Source of the DNA: Takakia lepidozioides
Taxonomy: Eukaryota > Plantae > Bryophyta
Reading direction: 5' to 3'
Assembly (NCBI GenBank): GCA_030704615.1
Contig: CM060733.1
Span: 63,736,001 to 63,800,000, forward strand
Length of the DNA: 64,000 bases
Positions 49,614 through 61,500 of the stretch are shown in pieces. Positions within the stretch are counted from its first letter, which is position 1. Every line of letters starts with the position of its first letter. The notes below the pieces were generated by a model. That model was not told where the DNA came from, made no database searches, and worked only from the letters and a program-made list of their open reading frames with translations. Made by a program: the position numbers and the translations under genes.

Positions 49614-52600
49614 TGTCGCGGCCCTTTGCCTTGAGGGCACGGGACACATGAGGGGCTGCCCCTGTGGTGGGGGCAGCGGTAGCGATAGGTATGGGGGGCT
49701 GAAGCACCCTTAGTGCCCAAGGCACTCAAGGAGGCGGAGGCGCTCACTAGGTGGAGCCCCGCACACCGGGTTGCGGTGGGGGTGGCTCCACAAGGGGTGG
49801 TGGTAGCTTAGCGGGACTTAGTGGGGTGGCATAGGACTCACCATGGGGCGGAGACCTCGTGGTGGGAGTCGTGGGGAGTCTTGGGACTCATCACGGTCCA
49901 TAGGGGCTGTGGTGAGTGGGCCAAGACTCACCGGGAGTCGAGGGTTTTCGTGGTGGTTCGCCATAAAATGGCATGGCTGGTTGTGAAACCCCGCGGACAG
50001 CTACAGAAGTATATATAGGGGAGTAGTGACCCGAGAACGTGCAAGCCCGTTGGTGACCAAAAACTAGTGAGTAAGCGAGCGAGCCGGAAAGCGACCAAAG
50101 AGTGGGGAGCTGTTCCGGACTGCCATCTACCAAAGGGAATTCCACCAGGCCCAAATAGGTGGAGGGTTTAGTGGGAAGCAAAGGGGGGCCGTTATGTCCC
50201 GATGAGCAGCCGAAGCTCCAAGTTGGCCCGGAGCCAGGTTGGGAGTCAGGCGCGCGCATCAAAGCGAGTAACTATGACTTGAAGGGGAGCTTACCGAATT
50301 GAGGTGTGCGACACTTGGTATCAGAGCTTAGAGTTCAGTACGCGATCGTCCTTGGGATTGGCCTCATCATGGGGTCGGGCAAGCCAAAGCGAAAGCGGAA
50401 CGGCCCAAAAGATGATGATCCTGGTGAGCCCGATGGGGGCGACGTGTCACCAAAGCGGCCGTTTGAGGAAGCGACGCAGGTTTCTGAAAACGAGGCCGCT
50501 CAAGAGCGGGAGGAATCCGAGGAGTCGGAGCCCGAGGAATCCCAGAGAGCTCCGACGGACCAACAGATGCCTCCCATGCCGGCAGCTTTTTGGGAAGGGT
50601 TGTTGGCGCAGTTTGGCGGGACGTTGAAAGACGTGTTGAAGGCGGCTAATGCCACTTCCGCTAAGGCAAAGTTTAAGGTGAAGCCTAAGGAACCCGGCAC
50701 CTTCGAGGGCGTCCGAAATCGGAAGGCACTCAACACCTGGCTCTTGGAGCTAGAGCAGTACTTCCGGGCGGCCAAGTTGAGTGACGAGGATCGGGTGGAA
50801 GTTCCCACCTATTTGAGGGGCTATGCTCAACAATGGTGGCAGAAACGCCTTCACGACCGAGGTCCAAGTCCGGAAGCCTTGAACTGGAGTGGGTTCAAGG
50901 AATTGATGAAGAGACAATTTGTGCCCCTCAACGCATCCTGGCTTGCCCGGGACAAGATGAGGAATTGAAGCAAACAGATGACATTCGGGGATATGTCCAA
51001 GCTTTCAATGTGCTGTTGCTCGAAGTCGGATATGGCAGAACCAGAAATGGTCTTCAACTTTGTGGCGGGGTGGCCCCATGGGCCAGCGGAAGTTGGAGGA
51101 GAAGTCACCTAAGACCTTGAACGAGGCAATTGAGAGGGCTGAATGTTTCTCAGATGTCCCTAGGGGTGAAAAGACAAGGCCGTACGGAGCTGAACCACAA
51201 GAAGACCCGGCGGGAAAGTGACTCTTTCCGACCGGAAAAGAAGTGGGATAGGCCACTCGGCGATAATGGCACGTCGAAATCGAAGGGAGGGCATTCACAC
51301 GTCAAGGCGGCACCCAGTGCTTCGAAAGGAAAAGCGGGTGTGAGCGGCGGCTTATGGCGGACAGAAGGCGACCTTTGATGGAGTGTGTTTCAATTGCGGA
51401 GAGCCCGGGCCATGGCCAAGAAGTGCACGAAACCCCGACAATTGAACATGACTCGGGCAACCACTACGGAGCTGTCGGAAGATACCATCAGTCGCTTGGT
51501 GGAAGCGGTGGTCGCCAGGACTTGCAAGGTAGGCAAATATTCTTGTGAGTTGTATCAGGAAACTGCGCTTGCGTAAAGGGAGTCAGTTATTGTTCGTGGA
51601 TGGGATAATATCCGGAACTAATGTGTCATTGTTGGTGGACACAGGAGCGTCGCACTCCTTCATGACACCGGCAACGGCACAAAGCTGGGACTCCCGACAA
51701 GTGACGTGGGGGCCTCTATTGAGGTGCGTTCTGCCAAAGGAGAACCGCAATTGGCGACAAGGTTGGCGTTGATGTTCCTCTTCAACTGGGAGTTGGGAGG
51801 GACGTGAGAACTTCACCATCTGCGAGATCGATGGAGTGGATCTCATTTTGGGGATGACCTTTTTGAGCAAATCCGGAGCGGTCATAGATGGCCGCAAGAG
51901 AGTAGTCTGCTGCCATGTTGGAATGGTGGCGAGGTCTTACGAGTGTCGGAAACGCCCAATCCGTGGGAGGGCAAATAAACCTTCTGTCAGCAAGGAGTGG
52001 GCCGTGAAGGAGGCACACGAACCCCAGTTTTTGCTTTACATTAGAGAAGTGAAGGAGAAGGCGATGGGAGCCGAGCCCAGATTGGATCAAGGGATTTTGG
52101 AGAAATACCAGGATGTGATGCCGGAGGATTTGCCAAGCGGCTTGCCACCGCGAAGAGGAGTTGACCACAAGATTGAGGTGATACCGGGATCGGAACCGCC
52201 TGCCAAGGCGCCCTACCGGTTGAGCCACAGAGAGTTGGTCGAGCTGAAGACTCAGCTCAAGGATCTAATGTCAAAGGGGTACATCCGGCCGAGTAAGTCA
52301 CCCTACGGAGCCCCGGTGCTATTTGCAGACAAGAAGGATGGGACGCTGCGGATGTGTGTCGATTACAGGGCTCTGAATAAGGTGATTATCAAAAACCGGT
52401 ACCCTTTGCCAAGGATCGACGACCTCTTTCGATCGGTTGGCAGGAGCGAAGTATTTCAGCCGGATCGACTTGCGCTCCGGCTATCATCAAATTCGGGTGG
52501 CGGAAGGAGATGAGGAGAAGACCGCGTGCAGGACAAGGTATGGTTCATATGAGTCTTGGTGATGCCTTTTGGGCTCACCAATGCACCAGCGACATTTAGC

Positions 52601-55600
52601 ACGCTGATGAACAGCCTTTTCCAGGAGTGGTTGGATGACTTTGTGATCGTGTACATCGACACATCTTGGTGTACTCGAAAACAAAGGAGGAGCACCTGGA
52701 GCACCTCAAAAGGGTGTTCCAAAAATTGCGAGAAGGGAAGCTGTATGCCAAAGCTTCAAAGTGCGAATTCGGGGTCACAAAAGTGGAGTTCTTGGGGCAT
52801 GTGATTACACAGGATGGGATCAAATGGATGACAGAAGGTGAGGGCGATCTTGGACTGGGAGCCTCCGACTTCGGTCCCGGGAGTGCGATCCTTCCTAGGA
52901 CTCGCCTCCTATTACCGGAAGTATGTGAGAAATTTCGCCAAGATTGCGGGGCCGCTGTCAGACCTTCTGTGTAAATCTAAAGTCTGGGGCATGGAACACC
53001 TTTTGTGGCAAGCTTTTGCTGAATTGAAGCAGCGGATGGCGGAAGCTCCAGTCTTGAAAATCCCGGAGTTCGATCGTCCGTTGAGATCATACAGATGCGT
53101 CGGACTTCGCGATTGGGGGTGTACTTATGCAAGATGGACGTCCAGTGGCTTACGAAAGTAAGAAACTGAATGAAGTGGAGCGACGGTGGCCGACGCACGA
53201 AAAGAGATGAAGGCGGTGGTGCACTGTCTTGAGCTTTGGCGCCACTATGTTGGTTCCAACCCAGTGAAGGTGTTCACGGACAATGTCACGGTGAAGTATT
53301 TTGCCACGCAGCCCAAGTTGTCCCCAAAACAACTTAGGTGGCAAGATACTTTGGCGGTGTTCGACGTGGATATCCAGTACAAACCGGGACGAGACAACGT
53401 GGTGGCCGATGCTTTAAGTAGAAAGCAGCAGCTCTTGTTGGTGTACAAGGGCGAGACGGCGCTCCAAAGGAAGATCCGGAAGGCTTGCCGGAAGGATGAG
53501 CTGGCGAAGTCCGTGATGCAGGACTTGAGGATGGGGTTAAATCGCAGTTCCACTTGCAAAATGGACTGCTCCGGTATAAGCAAAACGTCTCTACGTGCCG
53601 AAGGGGGATCAGAGATAGCCTCTTGAGAGAATGCATGATAGCCCGCTTGCGGGCCACGGCGGAGCCAAGCGCACTGCGGCACTCTTGAAGAAAGAGTATT
53701 TCTGGCCCAAACTGAGGGAGAGGCAGAGAGAGTATGTCAAGACATGCACCACATGCCAACAAAACCGGAGCGAGTACAAAAAGCAAGCGGGGCTGTTACA
53801 ACCCTTGCCGATTCCAGAGGGACTTGGGAAAGCGTCTCGATGGATTTCATGACTGCTATGCCGCTGTCAAAAGGATTCGATGCAATCATGGTGGTGGTGG
53901 ATAGGTTCAGTAAAATGGGCCATTTCATCCCCACCAAGGAGACGGCAACGGGCAGGAGACAGGGCGACTTTACTTCGCCCACGTCTTAAAGCATCATGGA
54001 GTCCCGAAGGATATTGTCTCGGACCGCGATCCAAAGTTTACGAGTAAATTTTGGAGGGCACTTTGGAAGAAGATGGGGACGAGGCTGAAGATGAGCACCG
54101 CCTTCCGACCTACGACCGACGGCCAAACGGAAAGAGTGAATTCCGTAGTGAAGCAGATCTTGCGGAATTACGTGTCGGCAGACCAAACAGACTGGGTGGA
54201 ACACTTAGACGCGGCAGAGTTTTGTTATAATAACACAGAACACTCCGCAAACGGGAGTTTCCCCTTTTCGTATTGGTCTATGGAAAAGCACCTCTGGTGC
54301 CGACAAGTTGGGCCGCCCAGGACGTTGAGGAACCGGCAGTAGCGGCGGTACTGGAAGAACGCGAGCGTTTGTTGAAGCTCGCAAAGTACAACATTGCCAA
54401 AGCTAGGAAACGGTATGAAAGGCAGGCGAATCGGAAGCGGAGGGAAGTGAAGTTTGAGGCAGGCACAGAGGTCTGGTTGAACATCAAGAATTTCCGACTA
54501 CCTCCGGAAGTGAGTCCGAAGTTCGTACCTCCGTATGCGGGACCCTTTCGCATTCGGAAGGTTATGAATGAGGATGTGTATGAATTGGAGCTGCCGGCAA
54601 ACAGCAAGGTGCACCCAGTATTCCATGTCTCCTTTTGAAGCCTTACTTCAAAGATGAAGCGCGTCCGAATCGGCATCAAGTGTTGCGTCCCCCACCTATG
54701 CTGTTGGATCATGAAAATGAACCTGAGTACGAGGTGGAGGCAATACTTAAGTCGAGGAGGTTCAAGAACCGAGAAACGGAGTATCTCGTCAAATGGAAGG
54801 GCTATCATCATGTGGAGGCATCTTGGGTGCGTGCCTCAGAAATGGGAAACGCATCCGAGGCGGTTGCAGCTTTCGAAAGGGCGACCTCAAAAGCGGAAGA
54901 AGCGTTGATGGGGACATCAACCTTGGAGCGTGGGGGAGGAAATGCATGCTTAGCCCGGCTTAGCTAGCTAGGAATCCGATTGCAAAAACTTGTATTGTAC
55001 AAAACGTGCTATAAATGAAATGGTTCCAAATGTGTGCGTCCTATTTTGTTTGGAATGGTGATGCATGGTATGGTTGGCTAGTGTGTAGAATGCATGCTAG
55101 CTTATAAAAGTGGGAGAGGTAAATTGGGTTAATCGTGTGTTTGCGTAGTGCCGAAATCGGGTGACCCCCATCCAAGGGGCAAGGAAACTTGCGCCTTCTT
55201 TGGGAGTTCACGTGCTAGTGCGCACCTGGCGCGTGCGCGTACTATAACTGCGCTACCGAGGGGTTGCCTTGTAGTGCGGGCTTAACGCGGAAGCTACGTG
55301 CTTCCGTTCACGTACTATAATCGTGTAGCCTCGGGACGAAGTCGTAGTGCGGCTTCGGCGTGTTCCCGTACCTCAGGCCAGCATTCCAAGGCGGACCCAA
55401 TTGTAGTGATTGGGGCGCACGGTTGGTTCAAGGTTATCTTCCTAGTCAAAGAGGGTTCCAGGTGAACCCTTGCTCAAGGTGATGCCAAAAGCGGCATCAT
55501 GAGCGATCGCAAGCAATGTTGTTGCAGTAAGGCGATTCGATCCTCGGGGAGGATCGTTCCTTGGCCTTGAAGTAGGCCAAGAAGAGTGCACTGGGAGGAG

Positions 55601-56507
55601 CTGGAGAGGCTCCACCCTTGGCCGGGACTTGGAGGAAGTCGGCCGAACTAGCTAGTGGAGAGTAGAGTCAAGTGTGGGGTTTGGTTCTTTGCCATGGGAC
55701 GCCATGGTGCGGAAACAAACTCCTTCATGTGGACGCCACAACTTGGATGTTCGTTTCTAAAAATGGACAAGTCGATGAGGACATCGACTCCCTGTTGGTA
55801 GGGGTGTGTGTCGCGGCCCTTTGCCTTGAGGGCAGGGGGTCGGGACACATGAGGGGCTGCCCTGTGGTGGGGGCAGCGGCAGCGATAGGTATGGGGGGCT
55901 GAAGCACCCTTGAGTGCCCAAGGCACTCAAGGAGGCGGAGGCGCTCACTAGGTGGAGCCCCGCACACCGGGTTGCGGTGGGGGTGGCTCCACAAGGGGTG
56001 GTGGTAGCTTAGCGGGACTTAGTGGGGGTGGCATAGGACTCACCATGGGGGCGGAGACCTCGTGGTAGGAGTCGTGGGGAGTCTTGGGACTCATCACGGT
56101 CCATAGGGGCCGTGGTGAGTGGGCCAAGACTCACCGGGAGTCGAGGGTTTTCGTGGTGGTTCGCCATAAAATGGCATGGCTGGTTGTGAAACCCCCGCGG
56201 ACAGCTATAGAAGTATATATAAGGGAGTAGTGACCCGAGAACGGTGCAAGCCCGTTGGTGACCAAAACTAGTGAGTAAGCGAGCGAGCCGGAAAGCGACC
56301 AAAGAGTGGGGAGCTGTTCCGGACTGCCATCTACCAAAGGGAATTCCAGGCCCAAATAGGGGAGGGTTTAGTGGAAGCGAAGGGGGGACCGTTATGTCCC
56401 GGTGAGCAGCCGAAGCTCCAAGTTGGCCCGGAGCCAGGTTGGGAGTCAGGCGCGCGCATCAAAGCGAGTAACTATGAAGGGAGCTTACCGAATTGAGGTG
56501 CGCGACA
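49614..56507 (+). mobile_element. Full-length chromoviral Ty3/gypsy LTR retrotransposon (degenerate)
   Basis: LTRs 49614-50313 and 55809-56507 (TGTCGC...GCGACA), TSD GAATG/AAATG, PBS TGGTATCAGAGC (tRNA-iMet) at 50316. Contains gag, PR (LVDTGASHSF), RT, RH, INT and a chromodomain EYEVEAILKSR..EYLVKWKGY..ASW. Confidence 0.95.
50369..54910 (+). pseudogene. gag-pol polyprotein with chromodomain, many frameshifts
   Basis: ORF fragments 50306-50968 (gag), 51545-52513 (PR/RT), 52556-53626 (RT/RH) and 53631-54967 (INT, chromodomain). Confidence 0.93.
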
Positions 56508-57769
56508 AAATGTCCATACTAAAGTGCAACCCGGCATGCTAAAAGAGCCGAGAGCCAACATTTTTCTGAATAGTATCATGTGTGCACCATCCTCATCGTC
56601 TTTTTGTAGTCTAATTGCATGTCTATTGCCATTTTTTGTACCCACGTACTGTGATTTCATGCTTCCAGAAGTCGATGGATATCGATTGTGATTTTTATGT
56701 CCAGGTATCAATGCTGCTACGGTCCAGATGACAAGCGCACCAACAATGCGATAGTGAGGATCCCAAACTGAAACGTGGAGGACCTCTTGTGGGTGCTGGA
56801 ACATCTCACCCTCATAAAGGCCCAAGGAGAAAGAAGTTGAAATATGGGGAGTCTTACAAGCGTGGTTGCCAATGTTGTTTCAAGGTCCAGCAATGTTATC
56901 TCGTCCCCGACATTTGTGTCCTCACATACTACAACAACATGGAGCATACAGACGCGAAAAGGAACGTCTATCATGGGAAGTCCGCTGAGTTCAGGAACAC
57001 TCGCCACGCCTATGCACCACACATTAGCGAGGAAATTGAAAGCATGGGTCATGGAGTGTCTGTGCCGAGGCCTGTCAGTCGCCCAAATCATGATGGAACA
57101 TAAAGAGCACGTCATGAACAACACCGGGTTGGGGGATGCATGGACACGAGACGATTTTTTGTTGGAGCAGGATGTGCGCAACCTGGGCGAGAAACGGGCA
57201 TGGCAAACGTTCAAAAAACATGCCAACAATGCGGAGAGTGTCCGCATGTGGAAAGACCAGAACCCGAAAATCGGTCTTCTTCTATCAAGAAGAGAAATTG
57301 GCGCCAACATTCAAGCACTACGATGGCGACTTAACATTCACAATCGGCATACAGACTGAGTGGCAGAAGAAGCGAATGCTTCAATTAGGCCATGCCCGTA
57401 TCATTGCATGCGATGCAACCTTCGGGACAAATCACCACAAGGTACTCTTCATCCCTTTTACAATTTATCCGCTTGCACAACTAGTGGATGTGCGCACACT
57501 GGCAGCATCTGACATTGTGTGCATTTGAACAGTTTCCATTGTACACGTTGATGGTCTTCGACGAGTGGCTTAATGGTATACCAGTTGCGTACCTCATATC
57601 CACGCGTGAGCGGACAATAGACTTGGTGCCGTGGATGGCAGCCTTGTGGGACTCATTCCTCGCAGAAATGCCGGACTGACGACCCAATGCCTTCATTGTG
57701 GACGATGCCGACGCTGAAATAAACGTCATTACGTAAGTTTCACATACCCTCTTGTGCACTCGCGTGCAA

Positions 57770-58440
57770 GTCCACTGTGTGCGTCCATTGTCAGTCTCTT
57801 TGGCAAGTCCCCTGCCATACAACGCAGTCTTTTGTGCAAGTCCGGCCCATTCCTTTCTGCAAGTCTGCTGGCAAACCAGTCCGCTGATAATGTCCTCTGG
57901 CGAAGTCCGTTGGAAGACTCACTTGCGCAAGTCTGTTGCAAGGTCAGTCTGGTCGGGTCTACTACCAGCAAAGTATGGGTAAGTCTGCTGCCACTGAAGT
58001 CTGGGTAAGTCTGCTACCGGCCTCCTAAGGGCAAGTTCGCAGGCCTGTCCGCTGGAGCGGTCTGTTCGCAAGCCGTCCGCTGCAAGAATCACTTGCGCCA
58101 ATCTGCTCCGACGTCAGTCTGGTCCAGCAAGTCTGCTGGCAGGCGAGTCCGCCGGAGGGGACTGTTCGGAAGTCTGTTGGCAACCCAGGCCACCCGGAAT
58201 GCCCTCTGGCCAAATCCCTTGCAAGACTCACTTACGCAAGTCCGCTGCGAGGTCAGTGTGGTCAGGTCTGCTAGTGGTGTCGTGTGGGCAAGATGTCTCA
58301 TGGCAGGTCAGAGAGGGCGAGTCTGTTGGCTGAATCCGTTTGGCAACTCCACTGGAACAGATGGGCAGACCAGTCCACCAGAGAGTCTACTGGGTTAGTG
58401 CCCAAGTCCACAGGCAAAGTCCTCTTTGAAGTCTCTCATG
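57770..58440 (+). repeat. Degenerate AGTC(T/C)G(C/T)TGGC-rich repeat tract inside a MULE intron
   Basis: Dozens of gtctg/gtccg words, with a longer repeat unit containing AAGACTCACTTGCGCAAGTC. A similar tract lies at 49010-49160. Confidence 0.65.
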
Positions 58441-58586
58441 TGGGCATGTGTACTTTGCAGGGCTGTTTTTCAAGGAGTGCTCATTTTCTTGTGCCTTTGG
58501 CATGTCCGGCGGGCTTGGGTGAAGCAATCATGCGCAAAAACCAAAGATCCTATCACTGCCGCAAACTTGCTGAAGGATATGGGAGA

Positions 58587-61500
58587 TGTCGCGGCCCTTT
58601 GCCTTGAGGGCAGGGGGTCGAGACACAAGAGGGGCTACCCCTGTGGTGGGGGCAGTGGCAACAATAGGTACGGGGGCTGAGGCACCCTTGAGTGCCCGCG
58701 GAGGTGCTCACTAGGTGGAGCCCCGCACACCGGGTTGCGGTGGGGGTGGTAGCTTAGTGGATCTAAGTGGGGGTGGCATAGGACTCACCATGGCGCGGAG
58801 ACCTTGTGGTGGGAGTCTTGGGGAGTCTTGGGACTCATCACGGTCAATAGGGCCGTGGTGGGTGGGCCAAGACTCACCGCGACTCATCACCGGGAATGGA
58901 GGGTCTTTGTGGTGGTTCGCCATAAAATGACTGGGTTGTTTGTGAAACCCCCGCGGACAGTCACAAAAGGAGTAGTAACCCCGAGAACGGTGCAAGCCCG
59001 TTGGTGACCAAAAACTAGTGAGTAAGCGTGCGAGCCGGAAAGCAACCAAGGTGTGGGGAGGTGTTCCGGACTACCAACAACCAAAGGGAATTTCCACTAG
59101 GCCCAAAGTGAGAGAGGTCTTGTGGAGGAGCAAAGGGGGATCGTTATGTCCCGGTGAGCAGCCGAAGCTCCGAGTTGGCCCGGCGGCCAGTTTGGGAGTT
59201 AGGCGCGCGCATCAAAGCGAGTAACTATGACTTGAAGGGGAGCTTACCGAAGTGAGGTGTGCGACACTTGGTATCAGAGCTTAGAGTTCAGTACACGATC
59301 GTCCTTGAGACGGCCTCATCATGGGGTCGGGCAAGACAAAGCGAAAGCGGAACGACCCAAAAGATGATGATCATGGTGAGCCCGGTGGGGGCGACGTGTC
59401 ACCAAAGCGACAATTGGAAGAGGCGATTTATGCTTCTGAAAGCGAGGCCGCTCAAGAACGGGAGGAATTTTGGGAGTCGGAGCCCGAGGACTTCCCAGAG
59501 GCTCCGCCAGACCAACAGATGCCTCCCATGCCAGCAGCCTTTTGGGAAGGGTTGTTGGCGCAGTTTGGCGGGACATTGAAAGACGTGTTAAGGGCGGCTA
59601 ATGCAACTTCTACTAAGGCAAAGTTTAAGGTGAAGCCTAAGGAACCCGGCACCTTCGAGGGCGTCCAAAATCAGAAGGCACTCAACACCTGGCTCTTGGA
59701 GCTAGAGCAGTACTTTCGGGCGGCCAAATTGAGTGACGAGGATCGGGTGGAAGTGGCTCCCATCTATTTTGAGGGGCTATGCTCAACAATGGTGGCAAAA
59801 ACGCCTTCATGACCAAGGTCCAAACCCAAAAACCTTGAGCTGGAGTGGGTTCAAGGAACTTATGAAAAGACAGTTTGTGCCCCTCAATGCGTTCTTGCTC
59901 GTCCGGGACAAAATGAGGAATTTGAAGCAAACGGATGACATTCGGGGATATGTTCAGGCTTTCAATGTGCTGTTGCTCGAAGTCACAGATATGGCAGAAC
60001 CAAAAATGACTGACTGACCAAACTATGTTAAGAGTATGTGAAGACTCTCCAAGACCGACAACAATAGGAGACTGTGTAAAGGAGATGGGACTAAGCAGAC
60101 TAACATGACTGAGCAGACCAAAAAGTATGAGAAGACAGATCAACAGAGAATAGCAGGAGACTGGGCTGAGCAGACTCAGTATCTTCACAAAAAAAAAAAA
60201 AAAAACAGACCAACAGATACTACTCACTGCTGGATCTCGCGGCAAAGAATGACTTCCTTGTCCATCTCGAAAACCAGTTTACGGTCCTTGTTCATAAACA
60301 CACCGGACTTTTTCTTAGGGCCACTTTTCTTGGGAGCAAGATGGCAGTCCGGAATAGCTCCCCACTCCTTGGTCGCTTTCCGGCTTGCTCGCTTACTCAC
60401 TAGTTTTTGGTCACCAACGGGCTTGCACCGTTCTCGGGGTTACTACTCCCTATATATACTTTTGTGACTGTCCACGGGGGTTTCACAAACGAACCACCAC
60501 GAAGACCCTCAATTCCCGGTGATGAGTCGCGGTGAGTCTTGGCCCACCCACCACGGCCCCATTGGACCATGGTGAGTCCCAAGACTCCCCACAACTCCCA
60601 CCACAAGGTCTCCGCCCCATGGTGAGTCCTATGCCACCCCCACTAAGTCCCACTAAGCTACCTCCACCCCTTGTGGAGCCAACCCCACCGCAACCCGGTG
60701 TGCGGGGCTCCACCTAGTGAGCGCCTCCGCCTCCTTGAGTGCCTTGGGCACTCAAGGGTGCTTCAGCCCCCCGTACCTATTGCTGCCACCGCCCCCACCA
60801 CAGGGGCAGCCCCTCTGCGTCCCGACCCCCTGCCCTCAAGGCAAAGGGCCGCGACATAAAAGGAGTCAATTATTGTTCATGGGATGGGATAATTTCCGGA
60901 ACTAACGTGTCGTTGTTGGTGGACACAGAAGCGTCGCACTCCTTCATGACACCGGCAGCGGCACGAAAGCTGGGGCTCCCGACAAGTGACGTGGGGGCCT
61001 CTATTGAGGTGCGTTTCTGCCAAATGAGAACCACAATTGGCGACGAGGTTGGCGTTCGATGTTCCTCTTCAACTGGGGAGTTGGGAGGAACGTGAGAACT
61101 TCACCATTTGCGAGATCGATGGAGTGGATCTCATTTTGGGGATGACCTTTTTGAGCAAATCCGGAGCAGTCATAGATGGCCGCAAGAGAGTAGTCACGCT
61201 GCCGTGTGGGAATGGTGGCAAAGTTTTACGAGTGTCGGAAACGCCCAAACCCGTGGGAGGGCGAATAAACCTTCTGTCAGCAAGGGAGTAGGCCGTGGAG
61301 GAGCCACATGAGCCCCAATTTTTGCTTTACGTAAGACAAGTGAAAGGAGAAGGCGATGGGGAGCCGAGCCCAGATTGGATCAAGGGGATCTTGGAAAAAT
61401 ACCAGGATGTGATGCCGGAGGATTTACCAAGCGGCCTGCCACCGCGAAGGGGAGTTGACCACAAGATTGAGGTGATACCGGGATCTGAGCCGCCTGCCAA

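Larger units (their letters stand above)
49208..58586 (+). pseudogene. Mutator-like (MULE) transposase gene of the At1g60560/At4g13970-related type, split by two LTR retrotransposons
   Basis: IPWDRVDDFLLGEE..PTQFW (49530-49613) continues after the LTR at 56508. Motifs KRGCQCCF..H..H, RDDFL..DVRN, FTIGIQTEWQ..IACDATFGTN, FPLYTLMVFD..GIPVAY, FIVDDADAEI and LCLWHVRRAW. Several introns; cut at 58587. Confidence 0.88.

Noticed and set aside
51540-51580. Programmed gag-pol frameshift site
   Set aside because: The frames overlap here, but the element has many random indels and the second copy lacks this region, so it cannot be supported.
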